A DNA stretch of 62,833 bases, counting the filler, from Folioceros fuciformis (taxonomy: Eukaryota), in assembly GCA_049999805.1 (NCBI GenBank). It is 5 parts of 4 records of this genome, joined end to end, with 100 filler letters (N's around TTAATTAATTAA, not from the genome) between each part and the next. Parts side by side here need not be neighbours in the genome. Positions count along the whole stretch, not along the records: positions 21,334 to 39,403 come from JBNGIO010005752.1; 4 more parts are not named here. One strand, given 5' to 3'. The notes under the pieces are model-generated. The model was not told the origin of the DNA, did no database searches, and saw only the letters and a list, made by a program, of their open reading frames with translations. A program made the translations under genes and the position numbers. This document shows positions 27,599 through 37,179 of the stretch, piece by piece. Position 1 is the stretch's first letter; each line of letters opens with the position of its first letter.

Positions 27599-28345
27599 CG
27601 CCTCTATTGGGGCCTCAAGCTAGGCCCTTGGCAGCACCACCTTCATTGCCGTCCGCACGGACGGAGGACCTCCTAGTGCACCGTAAGCTTCGTATTTGCT
27701 GGCAACATTTCTCTACTAGATCAAGGAGACTGGACATGCTTTCAGGATCATTGCTGTGTAAACGGCATTACAGGCAACTGCATTGCAACTTTGTAGGATT
27801 GGCAATGGTGGCACAAGGAAGCAAAATAAGACCATCCAGGCTGCTGAACAACCCGAAAGCCACTCACTAGTAGGCCTGAATCCTTAGACATCACAAAAAT
27901 CCTGAGGGCTTGTTCTATGCATCAAGTGAGTTTTATGAAGCACCTGAAGCAGAAAGTTTGTATTGGTAGTTTCGCAAGAGAAACCAGATGAGGTTGGTTC
28001 CTCAGGAAAGGCAGAATCCAGGTTTTCAAGTGGTCGCGCACTCGATTGAATGGGGTGCATGGTAGCTGTATAAATGAACCCAATTGCTGTTGTAAGTGTG
28101 TCGACGTGAACGTTGTGGACTAGACCCTTAACCCAAAATCGTAAACCACCCCTAACGATTCACACCCCGGCGGTGTGAATGGGTGGATCTCTAGAACCCT
28201 ACTAAATCCTAAACCCTACGAACCCCGCGATGTTTCCTATGTGTGTAATGTAACTTAAAAAACATTGTGTGGCATTGTGATTTTTTATGATGAGGGTGCA
28301 TATCCCTAAAAAAACATAGGGATGTTCGGTATCGATCTGCAAGTG

Positions 28346-29305
28346 TGGAATACCGATATGGACAGGGTTCTTTCACAGAAATTTTAGGGCGGCGGTATAT
28401 TGTGCAAATAGTTTGGACATAACATTTGTGCCCGCTTCGGTGTCCCGATCGGGACACCTACTTTGTTTTATCCCTCACATCCCAATCTGTCTCCTCCACT
28501 CACACTCATTCCTTTTTTTAGTTAGTTAGGGTTAGGGCCGCATCCACGGTTCAAATCCTTCATTCGGATGTTCATCGCCTCCATGCACACCCCTAAACCC
28601 ACCTCTCCCTTCCCATTCAGAGTGTATCCCCACATCATGATGAGGCGCCCTCTGGAACACCTGGGAGTTCCAAAATCGGGAGCACCTGGGAGTTCCAAAA
28701 TCGGGAGCGGGAGCTCCCAATTGCGGATCAGAGCCGGGAGCTCTCAATTGCGGATCAGAGCCGGGAGCTCTCAATTGCGGATAAGAGCCGGGAGCTCTCA
28801 ATTGCGGACTAGAGTGGGAGCTCTCAATTGCGGACTAGAGTGGGAGCTCCCGATTGTCTCGAAATGATGTGCCACTTGGAACAACCGTAAACGAATCTTA
28901 ACACACTCTGTCCAATTGGGACGATTCTTTAAAGACACTATGTATGAAGCGAAATGAAGAAAAATGCTATGTTGGTCCACGAGGTTAGAGGTATTTAAAA
29001 AAAATTGCTATATGGTGTATACGTAAGGTTGGATGACGTGGCAAGGTAGAGTAGAGGAACATTGCTTACATGCCATGGAATATTTGCATATAAATATGTA
29101 TTCTAAAAAAAACATGAGTCTTAGTCCTACCCGCATCGGTATTCCATATACATGCCCGTTTCAGTGATGAGAAAAAAAAGTCCCTCTACGGTGTGGAGGT
29201 ACGTCCTGTGACGTGGCTATATAGAGTACGGGATCTGTGTAGGTTCTACCGTATATGAAATACGTATAGCAGAAAAAAGCTTGACCTGTCCGAATCGGTA
29301 TTCCA
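28346..29305. mobile_element. Putative non-autonomous DNA transposon with subterminal inverted repeats; true ends not identified
   Basis: TGGAATACCGATATGGACAGG (28346-28366) is the near-perfect reverse complement of CCTGTCCGAATCGGTATTCCA (29285-29305), with a variant at 29126-29146. The motifs GGTGTCCCGAT and CTCCATGCACACCCCTAA are shared with ~17590-17815. Confidence 0.45.
28650..28855. repeat. ~24-27-bp minisatellite
   Basis: GGGAGCTCTCAATTGCGGATCAGAGCC units and shorter variants in tandem. Confidence 0.85.
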
Positions 29306-29863
29306 TAGAAATGTAACAAGGTACCATGCGTTTTTTTTGGAGGTACGTTCCTTTCCCACAAAGAACGATGGGTACAAACAGAAGCCCTTCGTGACAAGGA
29401 GACTGTGCGGTCCTTTCTCAAGGGGCCGGCCCCCTGCCCCTGTGATCGATCAACCAGGCACTGTTATCAGGCTTGCATCTCATTCCTGGATGCCCGAAAT
29501 AGATTCAGGCTGAAATTTGGGGTTGATCTTCACCGTCCACCGCAACAATGAGAAACAGCAAAGCACATCAAAACCTGCACAACAACAATTTGTGATGACA
29601 GGTGGGCCGTCTTCATTTGCTCAGCTTGTCAAGGTCATGCTTGAGGAGGAGCCACGTGTGACCACAGTACATGAACAGCATTGCAAGGAGGGGCAGAGCA
29701 GGGAACAGAGGAACAGAGACGTGGTGTGTAGCAGGATGGTATTCCGATTTCCTGTCTCGGTTCGCGTGTGGACTGATCTGGGAGGAAGCTGATTGGATTG
29801 TGACAGCCCGAATTCCATCCGCAGAGGCGAGAAGGAGCGAGGGAGCAGCACTAGGGCGGGGGC

Positions 29864-30656
29864 ATGTCTGGAGCAAGCACCTCCGGGATCGATGAGGAGC
29901 AGCCGCTGGAGTACGCGGCTCTCAAGTCCGCGCCCGCTGTTGGCCCCCGCAAGGTGACTGCGGGGAGAGCGTGCCGCGCCTTCACATCTGCTGTGTTGCT
30001 CGTGGTTATTGCATTGCTTCTGGGAGGTATCGTGTTCCTGCTCTGGCCTACGTCCCCGGATGTGGAGGTGACTAGCATCAAACTGGACGGCATCGACATC
30101 AAGAAGGATAACGATAGCTCGTCCATCATCCCGTCCTTCTCCCTGAACGTGTCCCTCAAGCTACTACTTCAGATCACCAACGCTAACCTCTTCGGCCTCC
30201 GGTACAACCACATCTTGGTGCACATCTTGTACAGAGGGGATGAGGTCGGGCAGGTGGAGTCCGCCGGAGGCTCCGTGCCTGGGAAGACTGTGAGCAACGT
30301 AACTGCCACGCTGGATCTCCAGGGCAAGGAGATTTTGGATAACGTTGGAGACCTCTGGGATGACGTCTCCAACAACTCTGTCCCCTTCCGAACCATCACA
30401 GAGTTCTCCGGCACTGTGGATCTCCTTTTATTTCACCCTACCGTGCGGGTATAAATCCTCTTTTGGCAAAGGCCCAAGGGACGTCGTCCCTTGGTCTTTT
30501 GCGTTGCTTGTCAGAAGTTGTTCAAACAACATTCTTTGACCAGAAATGCTGACTGTTCTCAATAATCGTCTGCTGCAGGTGAACTCAACTTGTGACCTGG
30601 TTGTTGATCCTGAAGAGAAGGTCATCCTCAGCCAGGAGTGTGACCTTGATTTCTGA
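29864..30656 (+). CDS. LEA_2 / NDR1-HIN1-like single-pass membrane protein, 2 exons
   Basis: Exon 1 is 29864-30448, the GT-AG intron 30449-30578, and exon 2 30579-30656 (VNSTCDLVVDPEEKVILSQECDLDF*). There is a TM segment AVLLVVIALLLGGIVFLLWP followed by P.VEV, ITNANLFGLRY and YRGDEVG. Confidence 0.9.
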
Positions 30657-31294
30657 GCATCCCCTGTACCTTTCTTCATGTATGAGACATGGCTAGAATT
30701 TCCTAGCCTTCCTCCCAATAGACGGAGCCCAACCAGCTCTTTACCATCTTTTCACCCTCTTGTAATCCGACTTTGTGCAATATACAGGTTATGCAGTACT
30801 TGTATTGGATGCCAAAGCCCCAAAAATCAAACTTGTGATGTCGGTCCGTCACAGGGAGGTTTCTAAAACCTAGATGCTGCCTTTTGCTCGGGTTCGTCAG
30901 GCATCAGGGCGTCCTTGCCTTGGACGGAAGCTCGTTTGTGAGATGGAAGAAAGATCAATTCTGAGATTGAAGCAAGATCAATCGTGAGATTGACGTCAGA
31001 TCATGTGTTAGCTTGAATTCAGGCATTGGTAGCTGAACTCACGTGCTCTAAGACGGAGTTCGCCTCATCGATGCAGTCCAACTCATTTGCGCCCAACTAT
31101 CGGAAGACTCATGTGGAGGACCTTGTATGGTTGAAAACACGAATGCACTTCGAAAGCCCCTCGCATTGTGGATGAACATTTCTAGGTGAAACAAGGTCAT
31201 CCTTCAAGCCCGGTTGGGTTTGACATGTCAGGAAGCCGCTTGTCAGGACACTCTGCTTCGGCTGTCAGCGAGGAACGGGATTTTGTTGGATCGA

Positions 31295-33850
31295 ATGGCG
31301 TCGCAGATGAATTTCTTCGTGGGGGCCTCAGACAAACAGTCTGCCATCCATCCTATGCGCAATCTGTTGGCAGCAAAGTCGAGCTCGATACCAGTGAAAT
31401 GTGGCTGTGTGGTCCGGAACAGTCTACCATGGAACGTAGCAATTATAGCGCAGGATTTGAGGCCAGCAGCAAAAAGCATGACGCACAAGGAGCGGCAGGA
31501 GCTCTTATGGCAGCAGTTCTTCTTGAATCCCTTGGATTGGTGGGATAACAGGGTTGACAAGCAAAGCCCCCGGCATCCCGACTTCAGGCACAAGACCTCC
31601 GAGGAGCCCCTGTGGCTCAACAGCCCTCGCAAGCCGGCTTGGGTGGATTCTGAGCTGGCCAGGTGGGATGTCGAGATGAGGGGGCTTCCAGCATTGGATG
31701 CAGGAAACGTTGATGACGGAAATGCTGTGGAGAAGTCTCTAATTAAGCGTTGCGAGGAGGCGGAGCTGGGTGAAGCTGTGAAAGCGTTGAACCTTTTGGT
31801 GCAGCGGGGATATAGTATCAGCCACAGTGTCTTCTATCGAATCCTCAAGAGATGCGTGGTAGAACGGGATCTGGGTTGTGGTAGGCTAATTCATGCTCTT
31901 GTCCAAACAGGTGGGTATGGCTCTAACGCATTCGTGGCCAACCACATCATCGGCATGTACGCTTCTCATGGAGAGTTGGAGGATGCTGTGCAGGTCTTCA
32001 GGAATGTGATTGCACCCAGTGCACACATGTGGTCCTCTATTATTCTAGCGCATGTCCGACTTGGACAGCCGGCACAGGGTATACAGCTCTATCAGCAGAT
32101 GAAGGAAGCAGGCGTGAAGGCAGATAACCGTGTATTTGTTTCAGCTCTCAAGGCGTGTGCGTTGGCAGGGGACCTAGTTTCTGGCAAGCAGGTGCACGTT
32201 GATATTCCAGAGGGTGCTGAGCAGGAAGATGTTTTTTTGGCTACCAGCTTGGTGAGCATGTATGCTAAATGCGGAAGCTTAGTGGAAGCTCGCAAAGTGT
32301 TTGACGGTCTACGGAGGAAAAATGTGGTGACATGGAATGCCATGATCACTGGGTATTCTCAGCAGGGCCTGGGCCGAGAAGCCTTAGCTCTGTATGAAAT
32401 CATGCAGCATGAGGGCATGACTCCAGCTGATCATGTCACGTTTGTGTGCCTTCTTCAAGCATGTGCCAGTGCCGGGGCATTGCAGCTGGGTAAGCAGGTT
32501 CATTTGCAGATTCGTGCCAGAGGTCTCGAAGGTGACGGGCGAATCGGCAACTGTTTGGTTGACATGTATGCCAAATGCGGGAGGTTAGATGATGCTCGAG
32601 TAGTATTTGACAATTTGCTGACAAAAGATGTGGTGTCGTGGAATGCGATGATAGCAGGATACGTGCAGCAGGGTCTTGGTCACTATGCTCTGACTCTCTA
32701 TGCTTCCATGCGTGAGGAGGGCATAAGTGTTGCCAGTCTCGTGACATTCTCGTGCCTTTTACAAGCATGCGCCGATGTGGGGGCGCTGCAGCAGGGGAAA
32801 CAGCTCCATTCGGAGATTCGGGAAAGGGGCCTTGAAGGTGATGTGTTCATTAGCAGCTGCCTGGTGGACATGTACTCAAAATGCGGCACTCTGGAAGATG
32901 CTCGCGAAGTATTTGACAGTTTCCCTACAAGAGATGTTGTGACCTGGACAGCCCTGCTGAACGGTTATGCAGAGCACGGCGATGGCCTCAAGGCAATCCA
33001 TTGTTTCGAAGAGATGCTTAAGCAAGGTATCAAGCCCAATGACACCACTTTCCTTTGTCTTTTGGTAGCCTGCAGTCACGCAGGCCTGGTACAAGAAGGC
33101 CAGAAGTATTTCAACAAGATGATCGAGAACCATGGCATTAGACCCAACGCTTATCACTACAGCTGCATGGTTGATCTTCTCGCCCGGTCAGGCCAACTGG
33201 ACGAGGCAGAACACATGCTGCGGACGTCAGCGTTTGTGAATAATGTGGTGGGCTGGAAAGCTTTGCTGAGTGCCTGCAAAAGCCACGGTGATGCAGAGCG
33301 CGGAAAGCGATGCTTTGACTATCTTGTACAACTGGACCCCGAAGACGCAAGCGCATACGTGCTGCTGGGTAACATCTGTGCCAATGCCGGCAGGTGGAAT
33401 GATGTGAGCAGGATAGAGAGCCTGAGAAAGTCAGTAGGTGCTTGGAAGAAGGCTGGGAAGGCTTGCATTGAAGTTAGAAACGAGGTGCACGAGTTCACAG
33501 TAGGAGAAGACAGGTCTGACATCTCATCCAAGCTGAGGAGCGTGAACACAAGGCTGAAGGAGGAAGGGGGCCACCTGCCACGCACAGAGCTAGTGTTGAA
33601 GGCGGTCTCTGAACAGGAGAAGGAGGATGCCTTGTGTGGCCACGCAGAGAAGCTAGCCTTGGCTTATGGTCTGCTGAACACTCCAGATGGTGAAACTTTG
33701 CTAGTCACCAAGAACCTTCGCATGTGTGAGGATTGCCACAGTAGCACCAAGATCATGTCTCGGCTTGAATGTCGAGAGATCATTGTGCGAGATGCACACC
33801 GAGTGCATCGGTTCCTGGATGGGTCTTGTTCGTGTGGGGATAGGCATTGA
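31295..33850 (+). CDS. PLS-class PPR protein with E1-E2 and a variant DYW (DYW:KP / DRH-type) domain, plus an N-terminal OSB-type PDF motif; candidate organellar RNA-editing factor
   Basis: Uninterrupted ORF with the first in-frame ATG at 31295; an upstream exon via the AG at ~31185 is not excluded. Architecture: (P)LS-PLS-PLS-PLS-P2L2S2-E1-E2, then KKAGKACIEV, HAEKLA, NLRMCEDCH and CSCGDRH*. Confidence 0.93.
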   Translation: MASQMNFFVGASDKQSAIHPMRNLLAAKSSSIPVKCGCVVRNSLPWNVAIIAQDLRPAAKSMTHKERQELLWQQFFLNPLDWWDNRVDKQSPRHPDFRHKTSEEPLWLNSPRKPAWVDSELARWDVEMRGLPALDAGNVDDGNAVEKSLIKRCEEAELGEAVKALNLLVQRGYSISHSVFYRILKRCVVERDLGCGRLIHALVQTGGYGSNAFVANHIIGMYASHGELEDAVQVFRNVIAPSAHMWSSIILAHVRLGQPAQGIQLYQQMKEAGVKADNRVFVSALKACALAGDLVSGKQVHVDIPEGAEQEDVFLATSLVSMYAKCGSLVEARKVFDGLRRKNVVTWNAMITGYSQQGLGREALALYEIMQHEGMTPADHVTFVCLLQACASAGALQLGKQVHLQIRARGLEGDGRIGNCLVDMYAKCGRLDDARVVFDNLLTKDVVSWNAMIAGYVQQGLGHYALTLYASMREEGISVASLVTFSCLLQACADVGALQQGKQLHSEIRERGLEGDVFISSCLVDMYSKCGTLEDAREVFDSFPTRDVVTWTALLNGYAEHGDGLKAIHCFEEMLKQGIKPNDTTFLCLLVACSHAGLVQEGQKYFNKMIENHGIRPNAYHYSCMVDLLARSGQLDEAEHMLRTSAFVNNVVGWKALLSACKSHGDAERGKRCFDYLVQLDPEDASAYVLLGNICANAGRWNDVSRIESLRKSVGAWKKAGKACIEVRNEVHEFTVGEDRSDISSKLRSVNTRLKEEGGHLPRTELVLKAVSEQEKEDALCGHAEKLALAYGLLNTPDGETLLVTKNLRMCEDCHSSTKIMSRLECREIIVRDAHRVHRFLDGSCSCGDRH

Positions 33851-34697
33851 TCTTACGCGTAGCATGACATGCAATCAGGTCTAGTGGTACAGTACATATC
33901 TCCGGTTGCCGGGATGTGTCTCGGTACTCTGTGTCGCTGGTGACGCTGTGGACAAATCAACAAACACATGCGGACGGGCCTGGCCGGTAACTAGTTACCC
34001 TTTGGGATGTGCTGAAGACGACAAGAGAGAAGCTGTTCTTGTCCACACCTTTTCTGAGTGTTGTGTGGGCCTACGAATTTTGGAATCAGAGCTGGCAACG
34101 CGCTTAACATCTAGGTGATAACTGAGGCAGCTTAACATCTCCCTCTGGACGTCTAGTCGTTTCCCGAGAACTTCCTGTGGGGCCCATAGCCACCTGCTGC
34201 ATCGCTACAAGTTGGCTCTCACCGCCCGCTACAATTTGCGTTTGTGCCGGGCAAGGATTGCGAGGTGTCGAGGGAACATAGCGTGAAGGTGCGCCACCGC
34301 CCTGCGTGTTCTTGTTTCGTGCCGCCACCAACTCCATCCCGCGTCTATCCCATGTCTATTTCTTCTTGTTTGTGCTACAGCAATGTTGCCTTCGTAGTAG
34401 CTTGATTGCAGCTCGCGAGACTTGCGCCCAACTGTGCCCTTGGATTTTCACGCCTTTTTTTCCAGCTGCTTCAGGTTTTCGTTGTGTTGCGGTCTTGTAG
34501 CTGTGTGTGAGAATCTGCTTTGTGTATGTGCGCCGTGGGAGATGTTTGCATTTGTGATGATGTCGATACATGTCGACCCTCGAAGGTTTTAAGCCATGGT
34601 TAGCTCATGGCTGCTTTGGATCTGGCAGATTGGAGTGGATTTCTGACTTTAGCTTCCTCGAGGGAGTGTAGCAAGTGGTGTTTAAGTGGTTTTCAAA

Positions 34698-35304
34698 ATG
34701 TCGGACGGCAAGTATGCTCAAGGTTATCCTCCTCAGGCGTATCCGCCCCCGCCCTATGGCTACCCCCCTCAAGGTGAGTTTCGTCTTCTTTGCAGCGGCC
34801 GGCGAGGTCGGGGCTGTGCGGTCACTCTGTCTTGAACTCTCAAGGCCGAGGGGCTGAATTTTCTTGCGACTGCCTGTCAGGTTACCCGCAACAGCAGCCT
34901 TACTACCAGCAGGCACCTCCTGTGCAGCCTCCTCCGCAGTATTACCAGCAGCAACAACAGCAGCCACAACGCGGTGGAGGGTTTCTCGAGGGATGGTATG
35001 TAGTACTTCTTGAATCCTGTCCATTCTGCTTGTAACGTACAGTTCTTTTCCTTTGTTAGGTCTGCCGTTGTTTGCGGTAACGTCTTTTCGTTTATCGTCT
35101 TCTGTGCAGCCTGGCAGCTCTTTGTTGTTGCTGTGTGTTGGATTGCCTCTTTTGAGGGTTTAAAGGGATTTTTGCATCAGTGGAGGAGGTTCAATTCCTT
35201 GGGCCTAATGCCCCGATTGTTTTGTGTACAGTTTGGCCGCACTTTGTTGCTGCTGTTTATTGGATGAATGTTGTTGCGATCCGACTATTATTCTGGATAG
35301 TTAA
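34698..35304 (+). CDS. CYSTM (Pro/Gln/Tyr-rich, Cys-rich transmembrane tail) protein with two candidate alternative terminal exons
   Basis: Exon 1 is 34698-34773 (MSDGKYAQGYPPQAYPPPPYGYPPQ) and exon 2 is 34881-34995 (..RGGGFLEG). Terminal exon A is 35110-35155 (CLAALCCCCVLDCLF*) and terminal exon B is 35232-35304 (CLAALCCCCLLDECCCDPTIILDS*). All junctions are GT-AG and phase-compatible. Confidence 0.88.
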
Positions 35305-37179
35305 ATCTGAAGGAAGAACTCAATTCGAATGAACGTGAACGATAATATATCGTCTGTACGGGGTGTGGCGTGGGGATCGTTGCTTGGGACAGAATGGGAT
35401 ACATCGCGCGTCAGTACGATGCACCAGTGCCACTTGTAAATGTCTCCTGCACAGGAGAGAATATGCCAGGTAGCGATCTGATGGATGTATAAGACTGTGA
35501 AATTGGGAATCTGCAGGAACAATGCCTCGACTATTTTTGTAAAATGTTTTAGAATATAAAGAAATGGATGCAGTTACATTTCGTATTTCTGCCACCAATA
35601 CTGCTGGATTCCGCGGCCTTGACTGCATTTGACCTTGAACTGCGGAGGCACACTTGCTGTGACAGTTTCGCCTGCAGAACTGTGAACTGCGACGCACAAA
35701 ACTTACAACGTTGGCCTGTAGAGTTGCTACAACTAGCATCTATAGCGCTGTGACAACTGCCATGCACAAATGCTTGCAACGTTGAGAAGAGTCCTAGCTA
35801 CCGTGACAGAACTCTGGAGACGTGAAAAGAAACACTAGGGAGTCATGTCCACATTCATCTGTTAACCTTTCCTTCATAGAAATCCGGTGTGACAATGTGC
35901 CCGGCTGTTCTGTGTTGCTCCAGTACGAAACAAAAATTAGAGATGAATGCTGTCAGTTGCAACCCTTTCAAAACGCTGCGTTTTGAAGCGCTTGCAACTA
36001 CAGCTGAACCAAGGAAGATACTCACTGCTTGGGGGAATCAGCAAACGTAACTGAAGCAGCTGCAAAAGAAGAAGATAAGGAAACAAATAAGGGAAACCGG
36101 TAAACTGAACACTGGCTGGCCCGCCGGAAAGAGAACAGAAAGGCACGATTGAAAAGCTTCTCCCAACAGTGTGATGAAATCATTGTTGCGAAGAGCTCCC
36201 ACAGCCCTATCAACCACACGGTGCACACGGCTACTGGACAGCTGGATTGGACGTGTGTGCACCATCTTGTTGCAGATCTGGCTGGCAGTGCCAGCTGCTC
36301 GGCTGTGTGTGCCTCCGTTACGTGCATTTTGGAAGCTGAATAATTGCGTCTGCCAAAGCTCGCAATGTTCGCTGGCGTTGGGGCCCTCTGCCTTGCAATG
36401 ACTTCCATCCCCTGTACAGAGAAACCTTGGAAAGCGCAAATCCGGAACTACAGTTCTTGCGGTCTGTTACTTCCCTTCCAGCCTCAGCATCCTCAGAAAT
36501 CCTACAGTTCTTGCGGTCTGTTACTTACCTTCCAGCCTCATAGCGAGACCGGTGAGCAGGTCTTGCAAGATGCCCCTCATACCCATGCTGCGGGATGAGC
36601 GGGATGCATCAGAGCTCACCCAAGCTGCACCAGGATGGAAGGAAAAATCGTTATGCACAGCACTTCTCCAATGCGCCCTGGCACCCTGCTAGCCAAGGGC
36701 CACCAAATTTGCTTTGAGGTGTCTTTAAATCAATCTTGTCTCTGACAAATCTCGTTTCCTCGTCAGCTTGACGGAGACACGAGACTGTCACCAAGATCCA
36801 TGAGGACGAGAACCGCTTGTCAGGTACGTACAGGTATGTCTGTTCAGGTTGCATTCCAGTTATCAAGATGTGTCCGCGGGGAGAAACAGTACGACTAGAA
36901 ATGTGACAGCTGAGGAAGATCGAGAAAGTCAGAAATACCGGGGAATGCTGCCAATCACAGCTTCGCACTGTCAAGCGGGTTTCCCGTTCAGGAAAGAAAC
37001 GATACGCGTCTCAAGCAGAGAGTGAACTGGTGCGTGGATTCACTAGCCTAAAAATGGACTCCCGTGATAGGCCTGGAGCATCGTGGTGCACAGTACAGTA
37101 CATGTACTCGTCGTTTCAGAGGGACTGCTGGTTTTTACACTGCCGCTCGATGCGTAACGGTTCTTGTAACGGACACCTG

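Larger units (their letters stand above)
18240..27690 (-). mobile_element. Degenerate L1-like LINE, 3'-truncated within RT; continuity across two N gaps assumed
   Basis: An ORF1-like region (27598-25930) and ORF2 endonuclease/RT motifs (~20393-18240) lie on the same strand and in the correct order. Confidence 0.8.

Noticed and set aside
35320-37000. Short ORFs between the CYSTM and VDR-like genes, and a ~54-bp-period duplication near 36448-36540
   Set aside because: No recognisable domain or consistent exon chain; treated as intergenic or UTR sequence.
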